A stretch of DNA of 64,000 nt from Candidatus Ozemobacteraceae bacterium (GCA_965140445.1 OZ223236.1:4672001-4736000), one strand, 5' to 3'; positions 1 to 10,876 are shown, counted from the first letter of the stretch. Translations and numbers: made by a program. The notes: generated by a model from the letters alone, not told the origin.

Positions 1-147
1 ATGATGTTTTTAAACGAGAAAAAAGCTAAGGACCCCTTAGAAAAAGAAAAATTGAGCCAGATAATTTTCATCGGACTGCTAATAATACACATTGCAATCA
101 TATTCGCTCTTATCCATCCAATATTCATGCTTGTTAATGCACAGTAA
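1..147 (+). CDS. Probable 3' end of a membrane protein running in from the left edge
   Basis: Frame 1 is open from base 1 to TAA at 145-147; hydrophobic stretch IIFIGLLIIHIAIIFALIHPIF. Confidence 0.5.
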   Translation: MMFLNEKKAKDPLEKEKLSQIIFIGLLIIHIAIIFALIHPIFMLVNAQ

Positions 148-230
148 TTCTATAGAATTCAGCCCGACAATCCTTTTGGCGATCACGACTCTAAATTCAA
201 TTTTTAACCAGCATTTTGCCTTCTAATGTC

Positions 231-259
231 TTTACAATATTGGCTTTTTATTCTATAAT
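231..259 (+). promoter_or_regulatory. sigma70-type promoter of tig-clpP-clpX
   Basis: TTTACA (231-236), 17-bp spacer, TATAAT (254-259). Confidence 0.65.
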
Positions 260-372
260 TCTCTACTCCATACATTAGTATCTTTACACAGGAAACTATA
301 CAGACGGCGTTAGATCGTGATTTATTCAAATGCTGAGCTGTAAATTTGGAAATATCTCTCCAGAAGGAGCCA

Positions 373-1713
373 ATGCAAATGTTAAAGACTCAAGTCCATG
401 AACTGGAAGCTAACAAAGTGGCGCTGACCGTTGAAGTCGAGCCAGAAAAAGTTAAGGCCGCCTACGACAGCTTTTATAGAAGAGCTGCTCGCTCCATCAG
501 AATTCCTGGTTTTAGACAGGGCAAAGCCCCTAGATCAGTAATTGCCAAACATATCGGCCCTGAATCAGTTCGCGAACAAATTGAAGAAGAACTTGTACAG
601 GAAGTTTATCCACAGGCTATCCGCGAAACCGAACTTCAGCCAGTAAGCCGTTTTGAGCTTGAAGAATCAAACCTCAACGAAGGCGAACCATTCACTTTCA
701 AAGCCGTTTTTGAAGTTAGACCAAAACTCGGAGATTTCAAATATACCGAATTTTCAACTCAGGTTCAGCGCGAAATCATTGATGAAGACAGCGTGACCAA
801 AGTTCTCAAACAACTTAGTGAGCAATATAGCAAAACTCAGCAGGTTGAAGATGGCGAACTAACTCAAGATGACTATTTCTCAGCTAATGTTGAAATAAGC
901 TGCGATGGCGAAATTGATGAAGAATTGTCTGACGACAAAGCTTCCCATAAATTTGTTGAAACCGATAAAGTTTTCGGACCTTGCAAAGGCATGAAAATTG
1001 GCGAAACAAAAGAGTATGACATTGAAGTTTCCAGTGAAGATGAAAAAGATTCCAAATATTTTGGAAAAACTCTTCACTACAAAGTAACTTTAAAGAGAAT
1101 CTCACGCCCCACCCTTCCAGAATTAAACGATGAATTTGCTAAAACCCTTGGCGAATTTGAGTCAATGGAAGCACTTCAGACCAAAATCAGAGAAGATCTT
1201 GAAGAAAGAGCCATCCACGATTCTGAAGAAAGAGCTTTTGATGATCTCGTAAATCAGGTTCTCCAGAACTACGAATTTGATGTTCCGGAAGCAATGGTTC
1301 AAAACACAATCGACTTTTTCATCCAGGGCCTTGATAAGCGCTGGAGACAGTTTGGAACAACAATTCAGGATTACCTGAAAAACTCTGGAAAAGATGTTAA
1401 CGAATTCAGAGAAACATTCCGTGAAAAAGCAACTCTCCAGACAAAAACCATGCTTCTGATTGACGCAATTGGCGAAAAAGAAAAAATTGAAGTTTCTGAT
1501 TCTGATTACAGAGAAGAAATTGAAAAAAGAGCCAAAGATTATAATATGCCCGTAGAGAAGCTTCTGAGCACACTTGCAGGTTCTGAAGGCGAAGAAAATG
1601 TGAAATTTTCTTTAAGAAGTCAAAAAATTAGAGAATTTTTGCTAAAGAACAACCAAGTAAATTACGATATGGTCAAAGAAGCTGAATTAAATAAGGGGGA
1701 AACTGACGAGTGA
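373..1713 (+). CDS. tig: Trigger factor
   Basis: Ribosome-binding signature [10 protein letters not shown]; upstream of clpP-clpX; start moved to ATG 373 behind SD AAGGAG. Confidence 0.95.
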   Translation: MQMLKTQVHELEANKVALTVEVEPEKVKAAYDSFYRRAARSIRIPGFRQGKAPRSVIAKHIGPESVREQIEEELVQEVYPQAIRETELQPVSRFELEESNLNEGEPFTFKAVFEVRPKLGDFKYTEFSTQVQREIIDEDSVTKVLKQLSEQYSKTQQVEDGELTQDDYFSANVEISCDGEIDEELSDDKASHKFVETDKVFGPCKGMKIGETKEYDIEVSSEDEKDSKYFGKTLHYKVTLKRISRPTLPELNDEFAKTLGEFESMEALQTKIREDLEERAIHDSEERAFDDLVNQVLQNYEFDVPEAMVQNTIDFFIQGLDKRWRQFGTTIQDYLKNSGKDVNEFRETFREKATLQTKTMLLIDAIGEKEKIEVSDSDYREEIEKRAKDYNMPVEKLLSTLAGSEGEENVKFSLRSQKIREFLLKNNQVNYDMVKEAELNKGETDE

Positions 1714-2318
1714 CTCTGGTTCCAATAGTAATCGAGCAAAGTAGTCGCGGTGAACGCGCTTTTGACATCTATTCCCGTCTTCTTAAAGATCGTATTATCT
1801 TCTTGGGTGGCGGAATTGATGATGCCATAGCTGATGTTGTCATTGCACAGCTTCTGTTTCTTGAATCCGAGGATCCAGAAAAAGATGTAATGATATACGT
1901 TAACAGTCCCGGAGGAGTTGTAACAGCGGGTATGGCGATATACGACACAATGCAGTATATCAAGCCAGACGTTAGCACAATCTGCATCGGACAGGCAGCC
2001 AGCATGGGTGCTGTTCTACTTGCAGCCGGCGCACCAGGAAAACGATACGCCCTTCCTAACTCTAGAATCATGATTCATCAGCCACTAGGCGGAGCACAAG
2101 GACAGGCTAGCGATATCGAGATCCAGGCCCAGGAAATCCTCAGAATGAAGGATATGCTTAACGGCATCCTTGCACATCACACAGGTCAGCCCCTTAAACG
2201 CATCAAGAAAGACACTGATCGTGACTTATTCCTTTCTTCTAACGAAGCAAAAGAGTATGGTTTGATTGACGAAGTTGTTCAGCGCAAAGCTGTTGGTGCG
2301 AAATCTAAAGAGGAGTAA
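1710..2318 (+). CDS. clpP: ATP-dependent Clp protease proteolytic subunit
   Basis: [40 protein letters not shown] start overlaps the tig stop. Confidence 0.98.
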   Translation: MTLVPIVIEQSSRGERAFDIYSRLLKDRIIFLGGGIDDAIADVVIAQLLFLESEDPEKDVMIYVNSPGGVVTAGMAIYDTMQYIKPDVSTICIGQAASMGAVLLAAGAPGKRYALPNSRIMIHQPLGGAQGQASDIEIQAQEILRMKDMLNGILAHHTGQPLKRIKKDTDRDLFLSSNEAKEYGLIDEVVQRKAVGAKSKEE

Positions 2319-2320
2319 GC

Positions 2321-3565
2321 ATGCTTTCTAAGACCCCTCAATTTCGTTGTTCTTTCTGCGGAAAGAGCCAGGATCAGGTAAGGAAATTAATCGCCGGACC
2401 TGAGGTATACATTTGTGACGAATGTATAGGGCTCTGTAACGAAATAATTCTGGAGGAACTTGAAGAAGAAAGTCCTCTTGAAATGCAAAACGTGCTGAAA
2501 CCCAAAGAAATCGTTAAGATTTTGGATCAGTATGTTATTGGCCAGGAAAGAGCAAAGAAGGTTTTATCTGTAGCTGTTTACAATCATTATAAGCGCCTGT
2601 CTCTTGAAGATTCACAAAAAGATGATGTTGAAGTTCATAAGTCAAATGTACTTCTCATTGGGCCAACCGGTTCAGGCAAGACACACATTGCCCAGACCCT
2701 GGCTAAATTGTTGAATGTTCCTTTCTGTATCGCAGATGCTACAACTCTTACAGAAGCCGGCTACGTCGGTGAAGATGTAGAAAGTATTCTTTTGAATCTT
2801 CTAAGAGCAGCAGACTACGATGTTCAGAAAGCAGAGCGAGGTATTGTTTACATTGATGAAATCGATAAGATTGCCCGTAAGAGTGAAAACGTTTCAATAA
2901 CACGAGACGTTTCCGGTGAAGGTGTTCAACAGGCACTTTTGAAATTACTCGAAGGCAAAGTTGCTCATGTTCCTCCACAAGGCGGGCGTAAGCATCCTCA
3001 TCAGGATTTCATCCAAATCAACACCAAGAACATTCTGTTCTTACTCGGTGGCGCATTTGAAGGTGTAGACAAGCATATCGAGGCTAGAACCTCTATTAAA
3101 ACTATGGGTTTTGGCTCAACTCCGAAGTCTCCTTCTGACAGACTTATCGGCGATCTACTCAAGGAAATCATGCCGGAAGATCTTCTAAGATTTGGCCTGA
3201 TCCCAGAGTTTATTGGGCGCGTCCCAATACTTGCAACTTTTAACAACCTTCGCGAAGAAGATCTTGTAGAAATTCTGACCGAACCCAAAGATGCACTTGT
3301 TAAACAGTATGCAAGATTGCTGAGAATGGAAGGCGTGGACCTTGAGATTACCCCGAAAGCTCTTGGAGCAATTGCCAGAAATGCAATCAAGCAAAACACT
3401 GGCGCCAGAGGCCTTCGTAGAATCATTGAGGAAATCATGCTTGATTTGATGTATGAAATTCCTTCAGACAGCAATATCGCGAAAGTAATCATTCATGAGC
3501 GATGTGTTGACAAAAAGGAACCATACCAGATCGTTTACAAAGTGAGTTCAGGGCAAACTGCCTAG
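2321..3565 (+). CDS. clpX: ATP-dependent Clp protease ATP-binding subunit
   Basis: C4 zinc finger CSFC..CDEC, Walker [21 protein letters not shown] loop, MGF loop. Confidence 0.98.
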   Translation: MLSKTPQFRCSFCGKSQDQVRKLIAGPEVYICDECIGLCNEIILEELEEESPLEMQNVLKPKEIVKILDQYVIGQERAKKVLSVAVYNHYKRLSLEDSQKDDVEVHKSNVLLIGPTGSGKTHIAQTLAKLLNVPFCIADATTLTEAGYVGEDVESILLNLLRAADYDVQKAERGIVYIDEIDKIARKSENVSITRDVSGEGVQQALLKLLEGKVAHVPPQGGRKHPHQDFIQINTKNILFLLGGAFEGVDKHIEARTSIKTMGFGSTPKSPSDRLIGDLLKEIMPEDLLRFGLIPEFIGRVPILATFNNLREEDLVEILTEPKDALVKQYARLLRMEGVDLEITPKALGAIARNAIKQNTGARGLRRIIEEIMLDLMYEIPSDSNIAKVIIHERCVDKKEPYQIVYKVSSGQTA

Positions 3566-3580
3566 AACAAAATTTAAAAT

Positions 3581-3619
3581 AAAAGCCGGTTGTGCTAGTC
3601 ACAGCCGGCTTTTGTTTTT
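3581..3619 (+). terminator. Rho-independent terminator after clpX
   Basis: aaaagccggttgtg-ctagt-cacagccggctttt followed by a T-rich tract. Confidence 0.85.
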
Positions 3620-3667
3620 ATCATGTTTAGATGATAGAATACAAAAAACTTTTAAGAGGGAATTTAA

Positions 3668-4477
3668 ATGACTAAAAAATATAGTGCCGATATTGGAATC
3701 TTCAGTGGTAGTGGAATGTACAATCTGGACGCAGCAGATGTGCAAAGTGTTAAAATCAATACTCCCTACGGAGCACCAAGTGATTTAATCGATATCTGTG
3801 AAATTGATGGAATAAAAATCGCGTTTTTACCAAGACACGGCAAAAAGCATACAATTCCACCACACATGATAAATTACCGAGCTAATTTGTGGGCGATGCA
3901 ATCTCTTGGCGTAAAAAGAATTATTTCACCATGCGCAGTTGGTTCATTGCAATCAAACATTAAACCTGGTGACTTTGTTGTAACTGATCAATTCGTAGAT
4001 AGAACCAAAGGAAGAAATGACACTTTCTCTGATGGCCCGGATGTAATGCACATTTCATCTGCAGAGCCATATTGCCCTGAACTTCGAAAAATTGCCATAG
4101 ATGCAATAAAATCAGAGGGCGCGGTAGCGCATGAAGAAGGAACCATCGTGGTAATAAATGGCCCAAGATTTTCAACTAAAGCTGAAAGCAAATGGTTTAC
4201 TCAGATGGGTTGGCACACGGTAAATATGACTCAATACCCAGAAATAGTTTTATCCCAGGAACTTGGGATTTGCATGGTAAACATTGCACAGGTAACTGAT
4301 TTCGATGCTGGACTAGTTGGCGATGTTCCTGAAGTATCTGCCAAGGAAGTTATCCAAACCTTCCAGAAAAGCATTGGAACACTACATAAAATTCTCATGA
4401 AAATAGTTAAAAACATTCCAAAAGAAAAGAATAACTGCAGATGTACACAAAAGGTCGATGAAGCATATTTTTGCTAA
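3668..4477 (+). CDS. mtnP: S-methyl-5'-thioadenosine/purine nucleoside phosphorylase (MTAP family)
   Basis: FLPRHG, INYRANLWA, GPRFSTKAES, VNMT, VTDFD. Confidence 0.9.
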   Translation: MTKKYSADIGIFSGSGMYNLDAADVQSVKINTPYGAPSDLIDICEIDGIKIAFLPRHGKKHTIPPHMINYRANLWAMQSLGVKRIISPCAVGSLQSNIKPGDFVVTDQFVDRTKGRNDTFSDGPDVMHISSAEPYCPELRKIAIDAIKSEGAVAHEEGTIVVINGPRFSTKAESKWFTQMGWHTVNMTQYPEIVLSQELGICMVNIAQVTDFDAGLVGDVPEVSAKEVIQTFQKSIGTLHKILMKIVKNIPKEKNNCRCTQKVDEAYFC

Positions 4478-4507
4478 TTCCTGCCCCTTTGATTGCCCAC
4501 AAAAAAC

Positions 4508-4541
4508 AAAAAGGCAGAGCCAAACTGGCTCTGCCTTTTTT
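4508..4541. terminator. Bidirectional terminator between convergent mtnP and the PfkB gene
   Basis: aaaaaggcagagcca-aac-tggctctgccttttt. Confidence 0.85.
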
Positions 4542-4554
4542 AATTAACCAATTA

Positions 4555-5466
4555 CTATTCTACAGTAACCATTTCCTTAATCGCTTTAAAACGTTTTTCA
4601 ATGGTTTCCATATCAAGATTCTTATAAGAATCGATACTAAAATTTTCTACGGTAATTGAGCCCATTGCGCTTCCATAAAGCATGCTCTTTCTGAAACCCT
4701 GCTCTGAATAATCGCCATGTCTGGCAAGGCTTCCCATAAATCCGCCTGCAAATGAATCCCCTGCCCCAGTAGGATCGGTGATGTCCGGAATCGGGAAAGC
4801 AGGAGTAAAAAACATAGAATCCTTAGTAGCTGTCATAGCACCAAGTTCGCCCATTTTAATAACAACACGTTTGGGTCCCATTGCCAGAAGCTTGGGAACA
4901 GCAGGGGCAAACTTTTTTTCGCCAGCAAGCATCAACGCTTCCTGAAAATTGATGAAAAGAACATCTATCTTCTTAATAGCTTCTTTTAACAAATCACAAG
5001 AGATATCAATCCAGAGATTCATGGTATCAAGAGCAATGATTTTTGGATTATTAACTTTTTCAATAACCTTAAGCTGGAGAGCAGGATGTATGTTTCCGAG
5101 GAAAACCAATTCTGCGTTTTTGTATTCTTCAGGGAGCTGGGGATCGAAGCTTTCGAAAACATTCAATTTGGTGTCATGAGTGGTAGCATCACCAAAATCT
5201 TCGCCATATGATCCTGACCAGTGGAATGTTTCACCATCTTCTTTTACTTCAAATCCACCAAGATCAACTTTATGATCTTTTAGAAACTGAATATGATCCT
5301 TTTCAAAATCGTTACCTGCAACACCAACCAACCCTACGTTTGTAAAGTAACTGGCAACAGTAGAGAAGTATACTGCCGAACCACCAAGAGCACGCTCGCG
5401 TGTTCCTTTAGGTGTTTTAAGAGTGTCGTAAGCAACTGACCCAACAGCGATCATTTTAACGCTCAT
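4555..5466 (-). CDS. PfkB/ribokinase-family kinase, probably a nucleoside kinase
   Basis: VGSVAYD, LGGSA, DPTGAGDSFAGG anion-hole motif. Confidence 0.9.
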   Translation of the reverse strand: MSVKMIAVGSVAYDTLKTPKGTRERALGGSAVYFSTVASYFTNVGLVGVAGNDFEKDHIQFLKDHKVDLGGFEVKEDGETFHWSGSYGEDFGDATTHDTKLNVFESFDPQLPEEYKNAELVFLGNIHPALQLKVIEKVNNPKIIALDTMNLWIDISCDLLKEAIKKIDVLFINFQEALMLAGEKKFAPAVPKLLAMGPKRVVIKMGELGAMTATKDSMFFTPAFPIPDITDPTGAGDSFAGGFMGSLARHGDYSEQGFRKSMLYGSAMGSITVENFSIDSYKNLDMETIEKRFKAIKEMVTVE

Positions 5467-5539
5467 CTAGTTCCTCCAGAAATTTTATTCAGATTTAAAA
5501 TATATCAGTAGAATCCAATATTAGCAAATTTAAGCTGTA

Positions 5540-7093
5540 TTATTTGTCCTGTTTCTTTTGGCTAATTGAATAAAAGTGTGCAATTTTCATGATTACCAGA
5601 ACTTGAACACCAAGAGAAACCAGCACAGCCACGTCAATCCAGCTTCCGTATGAGAAAAAGGATAACCCACCAATCAACATAAGCGAGGAAATACCATCTC
5701 CAAGCCTAAATACAACAGTATCGATAAACCCCTTACCCTGATATTTCTGCTCTCTGCTAAGTGGAATATAAATAAGCTCTCTTAAAGCTCTTCCTGTTGA
5801 ATAATTTAATGCGTACCTGATAATCAGGGTCCAGGAAACAATCGAAAGCGATGGAACAAACAACATTGCAATACTTCCGGCCACCTGGATAAAATTCAGT
5901 AAAAGCAATCCATAAACTGGATTGGCGAATGACATTAGCAATCTGGTAACAAAAAACTGAGTAAACAACGATATGCTGTTAATTCTATTGTAAATTCCAG
6001 CAACGAATTCTGTTCTTCCATTCAAATCATTCGCAAATGTTGTTTCAACCATATGGTTAAATTGCTGAAAAAACATGGTGCTGGAAAATGTGTAGGTGAA
6101 CATTTCTAAAGCCATAAAAATCAAGACTGGTGTGGCAATAACCTGAGAAAAACCATCCCAGGGTCTTGGGGGATGAGCAGGCTTATTTGGTTTTCCATTG
6201 TCGTCGGGTACACCAGCTGGCTGATAATGATTTGAATGAATGAATTTCATACACCAGATTGAAGGATAAAGCAGCAAAGAAGCAAGAATAAAAAGGTTTG
6301 AGGTTCCGATCTCTTTTACCAGAGCAGAGGTTAAAAGACCGCCGAACAAACCACCAAACAAACCGCCATATCCAATAATTGCATAAAGTCTACGGCTTTG
6401 GCCCACAGAAAAAACGTCATTCATAAACGACCAGAACATACTGACCGCAAAAAGAGCGAATAAATTTACCCATAGGTAGTAAAAACCAATAAAAATGCTT
6501 TTGCCTAATCCCGGGCTGGGTCTGCTAACTTTTTCAGGAATAGGTACCGCTTCTTTTAAAACTACCGGTTCAATATTCTCTACTTCGCCAACTGCGCTCA
6601 CACCGTTAAAAGTTTCGTTTTCGCTTTCTTCAGATAATCCTGCATTATCTTTTTCGCTACTTTCTTCGCTGCTTATTACGGGGGTTTCGGTGGCAATAGC
6701 ATCAGAAATGCCCGTGATTACTGTTTTTACACTCAAATCCTTTTGAGGGGCAGAAGGATTTATCGGAAAAACAAATGCAAAAACAAGCCAAAACGCCAGC
6801 AGGCAAACTACAAAAAATCTTGTAATAAACGGGATAAAAATATCTCGTTTATAGCGCCCAACAACCAGACTATAAATAGCGTTTCCGGCAAAGAGACTGA
6901 GCATTGAAAGAATATTCAGGAGAGGAATATTTTTTGCCCCAAGTTCTAGCGCCAGACTTCCTCTAATTGGCTTAATAACATAGTATGAAGAGATAACACA
7001 AAAAAAGTATGCGATGGAAACAAGGGTTATCTTGAGCTCACTGAACTTAATCCCAAGAATTTCTCTTTCGTTTTTTTCCTCAGCTGTCTTCAA
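5540..7093 (-). CDS. NTT/TLC-like (ADP/ATP translocase-like) MFS nucleotide transporter
   Basis: YYVIKPIR, FWSFMNDVF..QSRRLY, RELIYIPLSREQKYQGKGFIDTVVFRLGD; many TM helices; TTG start behind AAGGA. Confidence 0.8.
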   Translation of the reverse strand: MKTAEEKNEREILGIKFSELKITLVSIAYFFCVISSYYVIKPIRGSLALELGAKNIPLLNILSMLSLFAGNAIYSLVVGRYKRDIFIPFITRFFVVCLLAFWLVFAFVFPINPSAPQKDLSVKTVITGISDAIATETPVISSEESSEKDNAGLSEESENETFNGVSAVGEVENIEPVVLKEAVPIPEKVSRPSPGLGKSIFIGFYYLWVNLFALFAVSMFWSFMNDVFSVGQSRRLYAIIGYGGLFGGLFGGLLTSALVKEIGTSNLFILASLLLYPSIWCMKFIHSNHYQPAGVPDDNGKPNKPAHPPRPWDGFSQVIATPVLIFMALEMFTYTFSSTMFFQQFNHMVETTFANDLNGRTEFVAGIYNRINSISLFTQFFVTRLLMSFANPVYGLLLLNFIQVAGSIAMLFVPSLSIVSWTLIIRYALNYSTGRALRELIYIPLSREQKYQGKGFIDTVVFRLGDGISSLMLIGGLSFFSYGSWIDVAVLVSLGVQVLVIMKIAHFYSISQKKQDK

Positions 7094-7120
7094 TTAAAAT
7101 TCCTTGTGAAGTTTGGCGCT

Positions 7121-7148
7121 ATTATAAGCCTATTTAGCTAAAAGTCAA
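7121..7148 (-). promoter_or_regulatory. sigma70-type promoter of the NTT-like gene
   Basis: Minus strand TTGACT, 16-bp spacer, TATAAT. Confidence 0.55.
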
Positions 7149-7225
7149 AGACAATATGAAGAAAGTTACGATTTTTTTCTGCAAAGCAACATAAAAAAAC
7201 CTTGCATTAAAAACCACCTTAATTC

Positions 7226-7762
7226 TCACAGCGACAATATATGCTGCACCGCGCCTTTTAAATCTGCATAGAAAGAAATTTCCTCATAGCCAGCAAATAC
7301 GTTTTCAGAAATTATAACTGGCTCAACTCCAGCTCCTAATGCTGCAAGCAAATCTGATTTTCGATCACCTATAAAGAAAGACTCCTGAGGATTAATATTC
7401 AAATCTTTTATTGCCTTAAGAACCATACCGGATTTTGGCTTACGACAATCACATTCAGTAGTTCCATCATCTGAAGGAAAATCAGGATGATGGGGACAGA
7501 AATAAATAGCATCAAGCTCAACATCTTTTTCGTGAAGCTTACTCTGAAGTTTTGAATGGATTTTTTCCAATGCAGAATGCGAGATTTTCCCTCTCGCTAT
7601 TCCAGACTGATTAGTGATAAGAACGAGGAGAAATCCTGCCTGCTTAAGCTTAGCCAAAGCATCGGCTGCTCCTGGAAAAAGTTCAAAGTCGTTTGGATCA
7701 GAGATATATCCTGGATCAGGATTTAATGTGCCATCGCGATCTAGAAATATTGCTTTATTCAT
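7226..7762 (-). CDS. gmhB: D-glycero-D-manno-heptose 1,7-bisphosphate phosphatase (HAD)
   Basis: FLDRDGT, TNQSGIARG, CPHHP..CDCRKP, IGD; start taken at MNKAIF (7762). Confidence 0.88.
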   Translation of the reverse strand: MNKAIFLDRDGTLNPDPGYISDPNDFELFPGAADALAKLKQAGFLLVLITNQSGIARGKISHSALEKIHSKLQSKLHEKDVELDAIYFCPHHPDFPSDDGTTECDCRKPKSGMVLKAIKDLNINPQESFFIGDRKSDLLAALGAGVEPVIISENVFAGYEEISFYADLKGAVQHILSL

Positions 7763-8762
7763 GGGGAAAACACTCCGGATACATCTTTTGTATTTGTGCA
7801 AATACCCAACCAGGCTCCATTCCGTTCAAACAAGACCTGTGATCACATACTTCCTGGTGACACTCAAGGCAGCTCAGATCTTCCCGGTACAAAATGAGAT
7901 CTTTCTCGCCACGTGGTGCAACCGCTCTTCTGGTGGTAGGTCCAAAGAGGGCTACAACATTAGTTTTAACCGCCCAGGCGATATTCATTGGACCAGTATC
8001 TGCGGTTAAAAAGAGATCTATAGCTCCAAGCAGAGACGCGAATTCGGGAATACTTACAGATGGCTGCAAGACCGCTACAGAAGTTCCCACATCATCCAAT
8101 ATTCTTTTGGCATCACTCTCTTCTCCTGGGCCCCAGGTAATGATTGCCCTCTTGCCAGTTTTGCTATGCCACAGTTTTAAAAATTCAACATAGTGTTCCT
8201 CGGGCCATTTTTTTGAAGGATAAGTGGTATGCGGGTTTATTGCCAAAACCGGGAAGCTAAGTCCAGAATCTTCAATAAAGGCTTCGGCTTTAGCTATTGC
8301 CGCATCTGAGAATTTTAAATCAGGCTCGGCAACCTTTCCCTCTATACCAAAGTAATTAAAAAATTCATTAAACAAGTGCAGTAAATGTTTATTAGGGTCT
8401 TTTGGGGAAAAAGTAGCCTTGTATGCATTTCTACGAATTCTGTAATCAAAACCATATCTTTCCTTTATCCCTGAAAAAAGAGAAAGAACCGCGGTTCTGG
8501 GATTTCCGAACAAATCGAAGAGCTTGGAGTATTTTTCCCGTCTGATAGCTTTAATCAGCTTAAAGGTTTCTACAAGACCAGCTCCAGATGAAAGTTCAAA
8601 CAGCTTTACGTTGAGTGAAGGGGGAATAATCTGGCCGAATGGTTTTTGGCAAACCAGACCAATTTTGGCTTCAGGCTCTCTTTCGCGAATCATGGTGATA
8701 GATGGAATCAAATGAACAATGTCGCCGAGTCCTTTAAGACGAATAATTAAATAGCCAGACAT
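7755..8762 (-). CDS. GT9 glycosyltransferase (LPS heptosyltransferase family)
   Basis: LIIRLKGLGDIV, KKWP, DTGPMNIA, ALFGPT; alternative start 8795. Confidence 0.9.
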   Translation of the reverse strand: MSGYLIIRLKGLGDIVHLIPSITMIREREPEAKIGLVCQKPFGQIIPPSLNVKLFELSSGAGLVETFKLIKAIRREKYSKLFDLFGNPRTAVLSLFSGIKERYGFDYRIRRNAYKATFSPKDPNKHLLHLFNEFFNYFGIEGKVAEPDLKFSDAAIAKAEAFIEDSGLSFPVLAINPHTTYPSKKWPEEHYVEFLKLWHSKTGKRAIITWGPGEESDAKRILDDVGTSVAVLQPSVSIPEFASLLGAIDLFLTADTGPMNIAWAVKTNVVALFGPTTRRAVAPRGEKDLILYREDLSCLECHQEVCDHRSCLNGMEPGWVFAQIQKMYPECFPHE

Positions 8763-8994
8763 TTTGGGCCTTCTTCTGTTCGATTTTGAGTTCAAATAAT
8801 ACCAAAGTAGAGCCGAATTGTCGAATCACCGAAATATATGATTTTTTTAATTTTCCTGGCAGTTAAAAATGTAGATTTTACATACCCCTTCTCGCTTTTC
8901 ATTTATAAATGCGGCTTTTATAGGGCTTGAATTTTTATCTCCGGAGTACTATACTTAGGGCACTTCAGGCGTAGTGTGAAATATAGGAGTTTAT

Positions 8995-9174
8995 ATGCCC
9001 ATAAAAAAAGAGTTACTGGACATACTTGCCTGCCCAGCATGCCATGGACAGATCGTTTACAAAGAAGACAAGGACAGTCTTGACTGCCGCGACTGCAAAA
9101 GAAGATACCCAATTAGAGATGATATCCCCGTAATGTTGGTTGAAGAGGCTCAGATTATTGAAGAGGTTCCATAA
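8995..9174 (+). CDS. Trm112-like small protein (59 aa, below the ORF-track cutoff)
   Basis: Hand translation MPIKKELLDILACPACHGQIVYKEDKDSLDCRDCKRRYPIRDDIPVMLVEEAQIIEEVP; SD AGGAG. Confidence 0.9.
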   Translation: MPIKKELLDILACPACHGQIVYKEDKDSLDCRDCKRRYPIRDDIPVMLVEEAQIIEEVP

Positions 9175-9183
9175 ATTTAATAT

Positions 9184-9954
9184 ATGCCAATAATAAACGT
9201 AAATATGGCTTATCAGCGCATGACAAATGACGGATTTGATTTTCTGGAACACCAGGACTTACACCCGGAGTTTTACTTTGCTGGTGATGCCATTGATTCA
9301 ATCTCAGAATCGGTAATTACAGATTTTCGGGCGGAAGTAAAAGCTCGAAACTTTGCACCAACTTTCCATGCCCCATTCTTTGATTTAAGTTTAGGCGCAC
9401 GTGATCGCAAAATTCGTAAAGTCAGTCTTGATCGTTTGATGTGGGCGGTTGAAGCTGCCCACAAAACAAATGCATCACAGGTTGTAATTCATCCAGGTTT
9501 TGGCCCATGGGTTCATGGCCATCGACTTGAGCCATGGCTTAAAAGAGCTGAAGTAAAAATGCGTCGGCTTATTGCTCATGCAGAATCTCTAGGACTAAAA
9601 TTGGCTTTTGAAAATATCTATGATCAGAATCCAGACGATCTGCTGAGATTTTTAAGTTATTTTGAAAGCCCCAACGTAGGAATATGCTTTGACATAGGAC
9701 ATTTCAACGTTTTTTCAAAGGTTCCTATTACTACATGGCTTGAAAAATTTGATTATAAGATTTTTGAAATCCATTTACATGATAACGATGGAACCGCTGA
9801 TCAGCACCTGGCAATTGGCGACGGGAACATAAATTATGACCCATTGATTGAATGGCTTAACGGCAGACTTGATAAGCCAAGGCTAACCCTTGAAATGCCA
9901 CAAAAAACTCATGTTATAAAATCCGTGGTCAAAATGCAAAAATGGTTTAGATAA
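9184..9954 (+). CDS. Sugar phosphate isomerase/epimerase (xylose isomerase-like TIM barrel)
   Basis: HAPF, VIHPG, AFEN, CFDIGH, IHLHDN..DQHL, TLE. Confidence 0.85.
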   Translation: MPIINVNMAYQRMTNDGFDFLEHQDLHPEFYFAGDAIDSISESVITDFRAEVKARNFAPTFHAPFFDLSLGARDRKIRKVSLDRLMWAVEAAHKTNASQVVIHPGFGPWVHGHRLEPWLKRAEVKMRRLIAHAESLGLKLAFENIYDQNPDDLLRFLSYFESPNVGICFDIGHFNVFSKVPITTWLEKFDYKIFEIHLHDNDGTADQHLAIGDGNINYDPLIEWLNGRLDKPRLTLEMPQKTHVIKSVVKMQKWFR

Positions 9955-9966
9955 TTAGCCTAAAAC

Positions 9967-10007
9967 AAAAATCCCCTCGTATCATATCAATACGAGGGGA
10001 TTTTTTT
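9967..10007. terminator. Bidirectional terminator
   Basis: aaaatcccctcgtat..atacgaggggatttt between convergent genes. Confidence 0.85.
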
Positions 10008-10024
10008 ATTTCTGTTTGAGTCTA

Positions 10025-10789
10025 CTATTTTCCGCTTTTTACAAGAGAATTATAGAGTCCAAGATATTTTTTGTATTCTGCATAAGATGCTTTGGCAATT
10101 GCAGCATCACCCTTTTGAGTGGCGTCCATATAGCCCTTATAAGCAGAAAGATATCTGTCATAAGCTGTCTGAGAGTCCATTCCAGCAGGTTCTTGAGGGG
10201 CAGCGGCGGCCTGGGCTGGTTTTTCAACTGCTGCAGCCGGAGCGGCTGCCTTATTATTCAGTTTAGCAAGGAAATCAGCACATGCAGCACTTTCTTTGGC
10301 AGCTGCTTCTGAGTCTATTGAAGTTTGGCTAACCATTACAGATTTGCCCTTTCCAAACAGCTTAGAAATACCCTTTACGATGAGTCTTGCACCCAATCCG
10401 CCTGCAATTGCGCCAACAGCCAGCATAGGAAATCCCATTCCAATACAAAGGGCTCCACCAGCAACTGCTCCTGCAACTGTAGCAAAGTTTGCAAAACTGT
10501 TGGTTGTCCAGCCTAGAACTTTTTTACCAACAATATATCCGCCTGCAGCGCCAACAGCCATTCCAAGAGGACCGCCACCAACAGCAGCACCAACAACACC
10601 ACCCATTAAACCAGCTGCGATAGCTCCACCATTAACAAATATTGATTTTCCAATATTCTTTGCAGAAGTCCATATAGAAGCCTGAGCCGTCATTGGAGCA
10701 ACTGACATCCATAGTGAGAATATCATCGAAACCACTAACAAAACTGAGAAGTCCTGTCTGCGTTTATAGGCTAGTGTCATCATAACCAT
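10025..10789 (-). CDS. Exported glycine-zipper-like protein of unknown function
   Basis: Signal-like segment ending AQA, GxxxG-rich hydrophobic stretches, Ala/Pro linker, Tyr-rich C-terminal helices; start moved to ATG 10789 behind AGGAGG. Confidence 0.7.
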   Translation of the reverse strand: MVMMTLAYKRRQDFSVLLVVSMIFSLWMSVAPMTAQASIWTSAKNIGKSIFVNGGAIAAGLMGGVVGAAVGGGPLGMAVGAAGGYIVGKKVLGWTTNSFANFATVAGAVAGGALCIGMGFPMLAVGAIAGGLGARLIVKGISKLFGKGKSVMVSQTSIDSEAAAKESAACADFLAKLNNKAAAPAAAVEKPAQAAAAPQEPAGMDSQTAYDRYLSAYKGYMDATQKGDAAIAKASYAEYKKYLGLYNSLVKSGK

Positions 10790-10876
10790 TTCCTCCTGCT
10801 GGCAGGGCCAGCGTAAACTGAATTTTCTTAAGTATAAGAATAGATTCTTATACCCGCAAGGGTACACTCAATAAAC

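Noticed and set aside
148..372. tRNA upstream of tig, a common arrangement
   Set aside because: No cloverleaf or TTCGAA T-loop seen
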